From an uncultured Rikenellaceae bacterium (GTDB taxonomy: Bacteria; Bacteroidota; Bacteroidia; Bacteroidales; VadinHA17), in assembly GCA_964429295.1 (NCBI GenBank), contig CAYSBL010000012.1, positions 1,646-65,645 on the forward strand: a stretch of DNA of 64,000 nucleotides, read 5' to 3'. The notes beneath the pieces were generated by a model that was not told where the DNA came from, made no database searches, and was given only the letters and a program-made list of their open reading frames with translations. Shown here piece by piece: positions 16,878 to 26,100 of this stretch. The first letter of the stretch is position 1; every line of letters begins with the position of its first letter. The position numbers were made by a program, and so were the translations under genes.

Positions 16878-19336
16878 TCAAATGTGATTTTCTTGGGATT
16901 TTTTACTTTCTGTCTGAGAAGCGTAAGATTCAGCGCTTCCATGATTGTGCCGACATAGTGGAATTTAAGACCTTCCATATAGATCGGCTTGATATCCTCA
17001 ACATCCTTTCTGTTCTCTTCCGACAGCACTATTTCCTTTATGCTTGAGCGTTTGGCCGCCAGGATCTTCTCCTTTATCCCTCCAACCGGCAGCACCTTAC
17101 CCCTGAGTGTTATTTCGCCGGTCATTGCCAGGTATTTCTTAACTTTCCTCTGGGTGAATGCCGAAGCTATGGAAGCCGCCATAGTTATCCCGGCCGATGG
17201 ACCGTCCTTTGGAATGGCGCCCTCGGGCACATGTATATGGATGTTCCATTTTTCAGAGAAATTATCGGGCAGGTCGAGCAATTCAGCGTTCGATTTCAGG
17301 TATTCCAGGGCGATCACGGCCGATTCCTTCATTACCTCACCGAGGTTTCCCGTAAGTGTCAGTTTGCCGGAACCTCTGCTGAGACTGGTTTCAACGAACA
17401 GAATCTCACCTCCCGAGGCTGTCCAGGCAAGTCCGGTCACGACACCGGCCTGATCGTTCCCGGCATACAGGTCGCGGATATATTTGGGGGGTCCGAGCAG
17501 TTTTGTAACCATTTCATCCGACAGTGCAGGATCGTAGTTGCTTTCCGAGGCGATGTTCTTGGCTGTCACCCTGACTATCTTGGCCAGTTTCTTGTCGAGT
17601 TCCCTGACTCCAGATTCACGGGTATATTTATCGATTATGGTTTCCATAACCCTGTTACCGATGATCAGCTGATCTTCTCTGACCCCATGGCTTTCGAGCT
17701 GTTTGGGAAGAAGGTGCTGCCGTGCGATCTCGAGTTTTTCCTCGACCAGGTATCCGGTGATCTCAATTAGCTCCATCCTGTCCCTCAGTGCAGGGCTTAC
17801 AGTGGAGAGTGTATTTGCTGTGGCAATGAACAGGACTTTTGAAAGGTCATACTCCATCTCGATGAAATTATCGAAAAAGGTACTGTTCTGTTCAGGATCA
17901 AGCACTTCGAGAAGTGCAGAGGAGGGATCGCCCCTGAAGTCCTGCCCTACCTTGTCGATTTCATCGAGAATGAAAACCGGATTTGAAGATCCAGCCCTTT
18001 TCAGGTTCTGGATTATCCGCCCCGGCATGGCTCCAATATAAGTTTTCCTGTGTCCCCTGATCTCAGCTTCATCATGAAGGCCGCCGAGTGACATTCTGAC
18101 ATATTTTCTGTTAAGGGCCTTAGCCACCGATTTTCCCAGCGAGGTCTTGCCTACTCCGGGAGGACCGTAAAGGCACAGGATGGGCGATTTAAGGTCGCCC
18201 TTAAGCTTGAGAACTGCAAGGTGTTCAAGTATTCTTTCCTTTACCTCGTCGAGGCCGAAATGATCTTCGTCGAGAACTCTTCTTGCATTGTTAAGGTCGA
18301 GATTATCCTCGGTATAGTATCCCCACGGGAGGTCGAGAAGAGTCTGGACATAGTTAACCTGAACCGAGTATTCGGCTGCAGCCGGATTCAGCCGGCTGAG
18401 TTTGGCAAGTTCCTTTTCGAATGTCTTTGAAACCTCTGCCGTCCAAAGTTTTGTCTCTGCCTTTGTCCTGTATTCCTCGATTTCCTTTTCGACTGGATTC
18501 CCTCCCAGTTCATTCTGGATGGTCTTCATCTGCTGATGAAGAAGAAATTCCCTTTGCTGCTGGTCGAGATCGCTTTTGACCTTCGACTGCAGTTCATTCT
18601 TAAGTTCGAGAAGCTGTATCTCCTGAACGAGGTGTTCCAGAAGAGAATATCCCCTGTCTCTAAGACTGTTTATTTCGAGAAGCCTTTGCTTATCCTGAAC
18701 CTTGATATCGGTATTTGAGCAGATGAAATTGATAAGGTAAGTGTTGTTCTCGATATTCTTTATGGCAAATGAAGCCTCGGGACTTATGTTGGGATTGATC
18801 TTTATTATCTTGAGTGACAGATCTTTTAGCGACCCAACTATAGCGTCAAAATCCTTGTTTGGCAGTTCCGGCTTTATTTCCGGTATAGTCCTGACACGGG
18901 CTATGAAGTAGGGTGAATCTGTTATAAGCTCGTTAAGAACCATTCTCTTTCGGCCCTGGATGATTGCAGTGGTAGAGCCGTCAGGCATCTCGAGCAGTTT
19001 CACAATCTGCCCGATAGTACCCACATTATGAAGCTCATCGAAGGAAGGGTTTTCGGTTTCGGGATCTTTCTGGGCCACGGTGCCGACTATCTTGTCAGTC
19101 CGGTAGGCTTCCTTAATAAGCTGAACCGACCGTGGTCTTCCGATTGATATGGGAAGCACCACTCCCGGAAAAAGAACTGTATTGCGCAGTGACAGGATGG
19201 GTATAGAATCAGGAACATCGATATCCTCAAGGTCTCCGTCCTCGCCATCGGCTAAGATCGGAACAATATCACCTTCTCCGTCAAGAATGTCGGGTAAGAG
19301 CAGTTCGCGGACAGGTTTTCTGAATTTCTTTTCCAT
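16874..19336 (-). CDS. lon: endopeptidase La (Lon protease)
   Basis: 820 aa with an N-terminal LON substrate-binding domain, Walker A GPPGVGKTS and the catalytic PKDGPSAGITMA. Confidence 0.97.
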   Translation of the reverse strand: MEKKFRKPVRELLLPDILDGEGDIVPILADGEDGDLEDIDVPDSIPILSLRNTVLFPGVVLPISIGRPRSVQLIKEAYRTDKIVGTVAQKDPETENPSFDELHNVGTIGQIVKLLEMPDGSTTAIIQGRKRMVLNELITDSPYFIARVRTIPEIKPELPNKDFDAIVGSLKDLSLKIIKINPNISPEASFAIKNIENNTYLINFICSNTDIKVQDKQRLLEINSLRDRGYSLLEHLVQEIQLLELKNELQSKVKSDLDQQQREFLLHQQMKTIQNELGGNPVEKEIEEYRTKAETKLWTAEVSKTFEKELAKLSRLNPAAAEYSVQVNYVQTLLDLPWGYYTEDNLDLNNARRVLDEDHFGLDEVKERILEHLAVLKLKGDLKSPILCLYGPPGVGKTSLGKSVAKALNRKYVRMSLGGLHDEAEIRGHRKTYIGAMPGRIIQNLKRAGSSNPVFILDEIDKVGQDFRGDPSSALLEVLDPEQNSTFFDNFIEMEYDLSKVLFIATANTLSTVSPALRDRMELIEITGYLVEEKLEIARQHLLPKQLESHGVREDQLIIGNRVMETIIDKYTRESGVRELDKKLAKIVRVTAKNIASESNYDPALSDEMVTKLLGPPKYIRDLYAGNDQAGVVTGLAWTASGGEILFVETSLSRGSGKLTLTGNLGEVMKESAVIALEYLKSNAELLDLPDNFSEKWNIHIHVPEGAIPKDGPSAGITMAASIASAFTQRKVKKYLAMTGEITLRGKVLPVGGIKEKILAAKRSSIKEIVLSEENRKDVEDIKPIYMEGLKFHYVGTIMEALNLTLLRQKVKNPKKITFE

Positions 19337-19439
19337 CAGTCAATAGAGAGCTGTCAAATTTACATATATTTTTTAACTATGATCCCGGCCCGGTATTATG
19401 CAATCATTATGCCAGAAAAAGAAAGTGATCCCGGCAGGT

Positions 19440-19473
19440 AAAAAAAAAAATCCCGGTCGTTGCGGCCCGGGAT
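19440..19473 (-). terminator. rho-independent terminator of rpmE
   Basis: On the reverse strand ATCCCGG (loop of 10 nt) CCGGGAT is followed by an 11-nt T run (A run at 19440-19450 on +). Lies 19 nt downstream of the rpmE stop. Confidence 0.65.
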
Positions 19474-19491
19474 CATTCTGATAAAGTTGGT

Positions 19492-19755
19492 TTATTTCTT
19501 CTTACCCACGTGATCCTTGTAACGGTTCATGAATTTGTCAACCCTTCCGGCTGTATCGACAAGTTTCATTTTCCCGGTGTAGAACGGGTGGGAAGTATTG
19601 GAGATTTCAAGCTTGATAAGCGGATATTCATTCCCGTCCTCCCATTTGATAGTCTCTTTCGAAGGGGCGGTCGATCTGGTAATGAATGAGTGTCCGTTTG
19701 ACATGTCCTGAAAAACTACCAGCCTGTAATTTTTCGGATGTATACCCTGTTTCAT
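19492..19755 (-). CDS. rpmE: 50S ribosomal protein L31, type B (no zinc-binding CxxC)
   Basis: [29 protein letters not shown]...HPFYTGK. 87 aa. Confidence 0.95.
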   Translation of the reverse strand: MKQGIHPKNYRLVVFQDMSNGHSFITRSTAPSKETIKWEDGNEYPLIKLEISNTSHPFYTGKMKLVDTAGRVDKFMNRYKDHVGKKK

Positions 19756-19854
19756 TGCTATGATGTTTTATTCCTTAGTGTTAAAAATATCCCTTGTTTA
19801 GGGTTTGCAAAATTAATGAAGTTTATTTGAAAAACAAATCGGGATAAAAAATTA

Positions 19855-21078
19855 TTATACACCGTTTCCCGAGGCCGATTCCTGTTTCCCATACAGTACC
19901 ATTTCATCCTTGTACCGGACGAACTCAACGCTTTCGTCAATCATATAGCGGAAGGTAATATGGGTCTTAGCCCTTTTTCCGCCCAGGGCTTCGTAAATAG
20001 CTATCATTTTGGGATTGAAATCTCCTACCCATGAAAGTTCCAGTTCCCTGTACCATGGTTTGAATCTGAGTTTCTGATAAAGGTTGTAGAAGATGGCTGA
20101 TTCGACTCCGTTGTTCTGGTATGACGGATGGACTCCCCCTACAAGTCCCCTGATCCTTGTCATTTTGTGATTGGATTTAGCCCAGACGAACCTCAGTTTG
20201 TTCCGGAAATTCAGTACTCCCCTGAAAGGTTTTATGATCTGGTTAAGGTCGGGGAAGAGGATAAAAAAAGCTATTGGTTTCCCGTTGTGATAGGCAAACC
20301 AGATAAGTTCCTCGTCGATTATCGGTTTAGCCTTGCGGAATGTAGCGTCGAGGACCTCAGTGCCTACAGGGGTGAAATCCTCCTTGAAAACGGCCCATGC
20401 CGAATTGTAGACTTCAACGAAATCACTATAGTATTTTTGCCGGTTTGCCATTTCGAAATGCCTGAACTCATATCCCGGCCTTTTTGACAGCCACTCGGCT
20501 ATTTTCAATATTCTTGGCGGGAATTCAACGATTTTGCCATCAGGCCCGTGTACATCCCTGTGATATGAGTACTGTTCATAATAGTTACGGAATCCGTAAG
20601 CCTCAAAAAGTTCCCGGTAATACTTCATATTGTAGGGCATGCCATAACTCTGCTGCATGAACCCGTCGACCAGAAGTCCCCAGTTACTGTCGTTCTCCCC
20701 GAAGTTTACAGGACCATCGATTGCATCCATTCCCTTTGATGCCAGCCAATCCCTTGCTGCATCAAAAAGGGCAAAAGCTGCTTCTTTGCTGTTTATGACC
20801 TCAAAGAACCCGATTCCGCCTGTTTTCTGTCTGTAAACCGACGATCGCAGGGTATCGTAGAAAGTGGCTATCCTTCCGATAGTACTACCCTTTTCGTCTC
20901 TCAGTATCCACCTGATTGCCTCACCCCTTGCAAAGACCCTGTTGACAGAAGGGTCAAATATTGCTTCAAGTTCGGAATCGAGCATACATACCCAGTTGGG
21001 ATCATTCCTGTAAAGGATTTTTGGCAGGTTCAGGAACTCCTTCCTGTCTTTTTTTGTTTTAACTTCTGCAATCTGCAT
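19855..21078 (-). CDS. conserved Bacteroidota protein, GNAT-fold acyltransferase-like (function unknown)
   Basis: 407-aa ORF with an ATG start. The N-terminus MQIAEVKTKKDRKEFLNLPKILYRNDPNWV resembles a widespread family usually annotated as GNAT-family or hypothetical. No catalytic motif could be verified by eye. Confidence 0.5.
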   Translation of the reverse strand: MQIAEVKTKKDRKEFLNLPKILYRNDPNWVCMLDSELEAIFDPSVNRVFARGEAIRWILRDEKGSTIGRIATFYDTLRSSVYRQKTGGIGFFEVINSKEAAFALFDAARDWLASKGMDAIDGPVNFGENDSNWGLLVDGFMQQSYGMPYNMKYYRELFEAYGFRNYYEQYSYHRDVHGPDGKIVEFPPRILKIAEWLSKRPGYEFRHFEMANRQKYYSDFVEVYNSAWAVFKEDFTPVGTEVLDATFRKAKPIIDEELIWFAYHNGKPIAFFILFPDLNQIIKPFRGVLNFRNKLRFVWAKSNHKMTRIRGLVGGVHPSYQNNGVESAIFYNLYQKLRFKPWYRELELSWVGDFNPKMIAIYEALGGKRAKTHITFRYMIDESVEFVRYKDEMVLYGKQESASGNGV

Positions 21079-21205
21079 CAGGCTCCTGGTTAGAGAGGCA
21101 AATATAATCAGATTTTCTGATATGGGACTAAGTCACCTGGTAAGAGCCCGGCGGTCCGGTCGTGTTGATGATTGTATCTGACGCCGTAAGGAGGCAACGC
21201 AGCAA

Positions 21206-22555
21206 TTACCGGATATCTATTATTCTGTGGTCGATTAAAACAAACAACAAACCCAGCAGGAAGCTGTAAAGCAAGAATATTTTAAGAGGAATGTATTCCG
21301 AAGGTTTTATTTTCATCTTTACCCAGAGATAAATAATAAGGTACAGCTTGCTTATCAGGTAAACCACGAAAGTGGCAAAAGCCACACCTACTATATTATA
21401 TCCCCATTTTATCATCAGGAGACTGAGTGGAATGTTCAGCCCTATTTCCAGGATAGCTGCCATCATGGTAATATGTGTCTTTTTCCTCCCCACTATTATG
21501 GTCTGGGGGAAAACCAGTCTTGGTATAACAAGCAGTGAATACAGAAGGAAAATATCGGCGCTTTTCTGGAATTCGGGAGTAAACATCCTTGGGTAGATCC
21601 ACCTGGCTATCAGCATTATTGCCATGGTTGAAGGGAAGCAAATATGCATCAGGTTCCTCGATTTCTCCCTTATTTTTGCCAGTGATTCCTTCATCTGTGT
21701 TCTTGTTGAGAACTCCGGCAGCATGGCATTGTTCAGGCCATTGGCGAGCATGAGGGCCAGCGGGAATTCCTTTGCTCCATACCGGAACCATGCAAACCAT
21801 CCCGGATCGCGATATACAGCAGATACGATGATACCATCAATATACTGGGCTGAACCGCTAATCAGGGTGGTGATGATGAGAGGAAGGCCGAGGTAGAAAT
21901 GCTCTTTCATGAATTCTGCTGAGATCTTTATTTCAGCATATCTTTTGAGAAGTATTATCAGCCATATCCACCGTACCCCCGTGACAGCAAGAAGACCGTA
22001 AACTCCCCAGATGATGTCCTTCCCCATGAGGATCGGGGCCAGGACAAGTACCAGTTGCAGCAGGAAGGTATAGATCCCGTATTGAAAGATCCTGTATGAG
22101 CGGTTGTTAAGCAGGTAGATATATTCGATGAGGCATACCGGGCTGCTCAGCAATACGTAGAGAAGCAGCAGATTAAGGTAGGGGACGTTACCGGTAAAAT
22201 GAAAGACCGAAAAGCTGCCCTTGAGGGCATGGCCAATGGCAAATACAATAAGGCTGAAAAAGCTCAGGAGCAAAAATGCGTTGAATATCTCAGGCGATTT
22301 TCCTGTTCCGTTATCACCGGTTTTGCGGTAAGTTCTGTTCCTGTGATAGAGAGGCAGGAGCGACTGGATGATCCCGGTTACCCAGAAAAAGCTGATGAGT
22401 CCAGAAATAAACAGGAACATTTCCCATGCACCTATCTCGGAACGGGTAAGATGGCTTTTGGTAAGGACGATGCTGATGATAAGGAAAATGGTGAACTTCA
22501 TCAGCTGGAAGAGCTGGAGTCCCGAAATATTGTCTATCAGTTTTATCTTTCTCAA
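21206..22555 (-). CDS. oligosaccharide/polysaccharide flippase family (MOP/Wzx-like) membrane protein
   Basis: 449 aa with about 12-14 TM segments and composition/length typical of Wzx-type flippases. The start at 22555 is TTG; an alternative ATG is at 22501. Confidence 0.65.
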   Translation of the reverse strand: MRKIKLIDNISGLQLFQLMKFTIFLIISIVLTKSHLTRSEIGAWEMFLFISGLISFFWVTGIIQSLLPLYHRNRTYRKTGDNGTGKSPEIFNAFLLLSFFSLIVFAIGHALKGSFSVFHFTGNVPYLNLLLLYVLLSSPVCLIEYIYLLNNRSYRIFQYGIYTFLLQLVLVLAPILMGKDIIWGVYGLLAVTGVRWIWLIILLKRYAEIKISAEFMKEHFYLGLPLIITTLISGSAQYIDGIIVSAVYRDPGWFAWFRYGAKEFPLALMLANGLNNAMLPEFSTRTQMKESLAKIREKSRNLMHICFPSTMAIMLIARWIYPRMFTPEFQKSADIFLLYSLLVIPRLVFPQTIIVGRKKTHITMMAAILEIGLNIPLSLLMIKWGYNIVGVAFATFVVYLISKLYLIIYLWVKMKIKPSEYIPLKIFLLYSFLLGLLFVLIDHRIIDIR

Positions 22556-22705
22556 CAGTGAAAGAAATGGTCAGGATTCATCAGATAACAAGCGAATGCG
22601 CCGATTATTGCCAGGTGACTCCCCGATTTTTGAACAGCAAAGTTAACAATTGGATTAAAGCAGGAGAAAATAAAATGAAAATTTTGCGATTCGGAATTTT
22701 TCGGC

Positions 22706-22713
22706 TTATTTTG
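22706..22713 (+). promoter_or_regulatory. candidate -7 box for tRNA-His
   Basis: TTATTTTG has one mismatch to TAnnTTTG and ends 13 nt before the tRNA 5' end. A TTTG lies at 22683-22686 in the expected -33 region. The same string CTTATTTTGCA recurs upstream of the GH78 gene (about 60858-60868). Confidence 0.3.
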
Positions 22714-22725
22714 CACCCCTGAAAC

Positions 22726-22803
22726 GGTGGATGTAGCTCAGTCGGTTAGAGCGTCGGATTGTGGTTCCGAAAGTCGTGGGTTCGAATCCCATCTTCCACC
22801 CCA
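22726..22803 (+). tRNA. tRNA-His (anticodon GTG) with encoded G-1 and CCA
   Basis: Hand-folded cloverleaf. G-1; acceptor GTGGATG/CTTCCAC (one U-U mismatch); TA; D arm GCTC-AGTCGGTTA-GAGC. Anticodon arm TCGGA-TTGTGGT-TCCGA (GTG at 34-36). Variable AAGTC; T arm GTGGG-TTCGAAT-CCCAT; discriminator C73 pairs with G-1; CCA encoded. Confidence 0.93.
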
Positions 22804-22935
22804 GCCAGCTTAAGCCTTTCCCGCCCTCAGGCGGGAAGGGCTTTGTTTTTTCAGCGCGTTGAAAGCTTGCTTTCATAAGCAGTGAAAAAACAAAGCCCGA
22901 ATGAGCGAAGCGAATGAAAGGCTTAAGCTGGCTGG
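22801..22935. repeat. 135-nt composite inverted repeat starting in the tRNA-His CCA end
   Basis: Outer arms CCAGCCAGCTTAAGCCTTTC (22801-22820) and GAAAGGCTTAAGCTGGCTGG (22916-22935) match 20/20. Inner arms GGGCTTTGTTTTTTCA (22838-22853) and TGAAAAAACAAAGCCC (22883-22898) match 16/16. A central GAAAGC-TT-GCTTTC sits between them. Confidence 0.75.
22818..22851 (+). terminator. rho-independent terminator after tRNA-His
   Basis: TTCCCGCC-CTCA-GGCGGGAA is an 8-bp stem with a tetraloop. It is followed by GGGCTTTGTTTTTT. Confidence 0.65.
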
Positions 22936-22948
22936 AAAGCTCCCCCCG

Positions 22949-23047
22949 GGGATCGCCGACGAAGCAAAGCGAAGGAGGCAATCCCCGGACTTTCAACCTG
23001 TTGAAAAGGGATCGCCGGCGAAGCGAAGCGAAGGAGGCAATCTCCGG
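22949..23047. repeat. two 40-nt direct repeats (59-bp period), each a hairpin with a GCGAAG-rich loop
   Basis: GGGATCGCCGACGAAGCAAAGCGAAGGAGGCAATCCCCGG (22949-22988) versus GGGATCGCCGGCGAAGCGAAGCGAAGGAGGCAATCTCCGG (23008-23047) match at 37/40. Copy 1 stem CCGGGGATCGCC/GGCAATCCCCGG pairs 11 of 12. Confidence 0.7.
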
Positions 23048-23097
23048 TCCTCTTTAAAATCCACCCCTACCTCTCCGAGGAGGGGTCCGTTTCGACT

Positions 23098-23122
23098 CCC
23101 GCCCTGTGCCCTGAGCCCTGAG
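23098..23122 (-). repeat. heptamer array / G-quadruplex motif 22 nt downstream of the ccsBA stop (sense strand)
   Basis: The reverse strand reads CTCAGGG CTCAGGG CACAGGG CGGG. This gives GGGCTCAGGGCACAGGGCGGG, four G3 tracts with loops of 4, 4 and 1 nt. Confidence 0.6.
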
Positions 23123-23144
23123 CTATTATTCCCGGCTGCCGCTC

Positions 23145-26100
23145 TCACACTTTCTTCTCCCATTTCCTGTATTTCACCCGGGCCATTACAGCCAGCGAAA
23201 CAAGTGCAGCAACAGCTGCATAGACAAATAAAGGGACCGGGACCGGATCGCCTCCGGCATAAGAATGAAGTCCGGTAAGGTAATAGTTAACTCCGAAATA
23301 GGTCATAAGCACGGAGGAGAAGGCAAACATCGACAAGAGGTTAAAGGTGTAGATGTCCTTCATCCCGGGGATCATCCTGGCATGAATGACAAAGCTGTAA
23401 ATGATAATGGTTATCAGCGACCAGGTCTCCTTGGGATCCCATCCCCAGTACCGGCCCCACGATTCATTTGCCCATACTGCCCCCAGAAAGGTGCCGATTG
23501 TAAGCATATACAATCCTACGGTAAGAGATTTATAGTTGATGACCGTAAGATCGTCGATTGTTGATGATATACTTTCCAGGCTTTTTGCACCTGAGAGTGT
23601 CAGCAAAATCATGGCGATGACAGCAAGTATCGCTGAAAGTCCAAGGAATCCGTAACTGGCTGTGATGACAGAAACATGAAGGGTAAGCCAGTAAGACTGA
23701 AGAACGGGAACGAGGTTGGTTATTTCGGGATCCATGAAGCTCATGTGGGCCACAAGCAATGTCAGTCCTGAGAGAACTGCCGTGGCAGAAAGAGCAAATG
23801 GCGACCTGCTTCTGAAGAAAAACCCGGCCAGCAGTGTAACCCACGAGATGAATATCATTGATTCATACCCGTTACTCAATGGAGAGTGATCTGAGATATA
23901 CCAGCGTAAGCCGAGTCCCAAGGTATGAAAAAGGAATCCAGTGAATAGTATCCATCCCAGGATACCTGCAATAAAATGAGGTGATCTTTTCCCTTTTATT
24001 ACCATTAAGATCAACACTGCAAGGAGCAGAATTCCTGTGGCAAGATAAAAAGGAAAAAGTCTTTCAAAGATCAACGTCCTGTAATACAGGGATTCCGCCC
24101 TGATCCTGGTCGGTGATGGAAGTTCGTATGCAGTAAACCTCGACTGATATTCCCTCACAGATCCTGTAATCTGTCTGGCAATGGAAGCGTTTCCGCTCCT
24201 CAGGGCATCGGACAATACCGGGATTACGTTCGCAATAAACACCGAGTCATCCCTGCTGATCGCAGTTTTCAGGGCGTCATCGGGAGATCCCCAGTTCGTG
24301 GTTCCGTCGTGGAGGGGGAATATCCTGGTGAATCCTCCGGTATAGATCATGTAAATAATATTCACCCTTTCGTCAACCTTCATGACCTCCTTGTCGGTTT
24401 TTGTTCTTGCGGCTGCGGATTTTGAATAAGCTTCTTCCACGTTCTCTGAGAGTTTGTATTTTCCTGTCTGAAGGTCGACCAGCTCAGAAAATGAGGCATA
24501 GGAACCGGTGATCCCGATTATTTTTTGAAGATCACGGTTTGAAATCCTGATTACCTGTTCATCCTTCCAATGATCAAAATCGAGGTATATTCCAAGGAAC
24601 ACCTGCATCGGAGTCAGTCCACGGAATTTGTTTTCCCTTGTTACTTTTCTGAGTATGTCGTAACTAAGGGTGAAAAGAGGCTCGGTACGTCCCTTCTGGT
24701 CCTGTACGAGCACTTTACCGAATTCATCAGCAAGAGTCTTATCGGGAACAAGCTTCTGCGACCAGGCATTCAGCGAGCCTGCCATGGCAAACATAACCAG
24801 GGCGGCGGCCGATTTTCTTCTTATAGCCGAATCCCAGAATACCGCATGGACTGTATTGAATACCGATTTCCTGTTCAGAAGCGAGAGCAGGATGAAGAGG
24901 ATTAGAGTTCCGTAACCCGTATAGGTTACCAGCATTCCTGCCGGATCATGGTTGACTGAAAGTATGGTGCCCATCTCATCCTGATCATACGATGACTGAT
25001 AGAACCTGTATCCATTGTACTTCAGGATGTTGTTCATGAAAATAGTAAAAGGTTTCTCGATACCGGCGCTGTTGTCGATTAAGACAATATCGCTTTTGTA
25101 CCCCGAGGGGCTGTTCGATCCAGGGTATCTGTCGAGAATGAAGTCATTCAGGCGCAGTGAAAAGGGAAGAGTGATCTCATGCGATCCGTAGGTAATTTCG
25201 ATGATCCTGTCATCAACCACAGCTGATCCTGATGAGAAAGGCTGATTCTGGCTATCCCACAGTACTATTTCACCTGCAGGTCTTCCGCCTGCAAGAATGT
25301 TGAAAATAAAGGCATTTCTTCCAGTTTCCATGTTTTCCATGTCAGCTGAAATGATCCTGGTATCACCGCTCATTTCCATTTGCTGGGGAACAATACTGAC
25401 ATCACTTATCCTGAAGATCTTCATCGCCTCGAAGCGGGCGGTTCCCCCTTTACTGAAAGAAACGGATTCACCAGCCATCATGCCTTCACGGACGAATGGC
25501 CGGGTGGAAGTAAGATAGAACAATGATGAATCATATGTTATGGACACGTCGGCTGGATCATCGGAATGAAAGCCTACAGAGATCTCCCCTATTTTAACAG
25601 ATTCTCCCTCTCTCAGGATATATGTCTGTCTTGCAAGACTATCGGCTGCCACAAATGAAATTATGGCTCCGGCTCCTGTCATACCCTTATCTACAACTTC
25701 AGCTGCATTCACTACAATTCTTGCCAGGGTTATTTCAAAATCAGCGCCACCTTCCCGGATCTTCCTGCTGAAGTTACCGGCCGATTTCATGCTCATATAG
25801 TATTTTGATGAACTCTGGTTCAGGATCGTTCCCGAAGCATCTTTAAGCTTATAGCCTATGTACCTGTCGGCCGAATAGCATTTGTCCTGTTCCTCTCCCT
25901 CGCGTATGTGTATAGATCCCTCCCATCCGGCATAGCGGGTAATTGCTGCCCCGGAAAGGATCAGGATGAACGAGAGATGGAAAAGGAGTATTGTCAGTTT
26001 CTGTTTCCTGTAGAGCTTATATTCAATTACCTGGCCAGCAAGGTTGAGGGCCAGTAAGAAGAGTATAAGTTCGAACCACCTTGTATCATAAACAAAGTTA

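Noticed and set aside
22801-23144. tRNA-His 3' flank as the attachment site of an integrated mobile element or genomic island.
   Set aside because: The repeat of the tRNA 3' end is inverted rather than direct, and lies only 115 nt away. No integrase, transposase or compositionally foreign block follows, because the next gene is ccsBA. It is kept as a structural curiosity only.
22706-23278. ORFs 22706-22996 (minus) and 22901-23278 (plus) across the tRNA-His and repeat spacer.
   Set aside because: One is antisense to the tRNA itself. The other is a translation of the direct and inverted repeats and runs into the ccsBA 3' end. Neither has a plausible start context, and both have repeat-driven composition.
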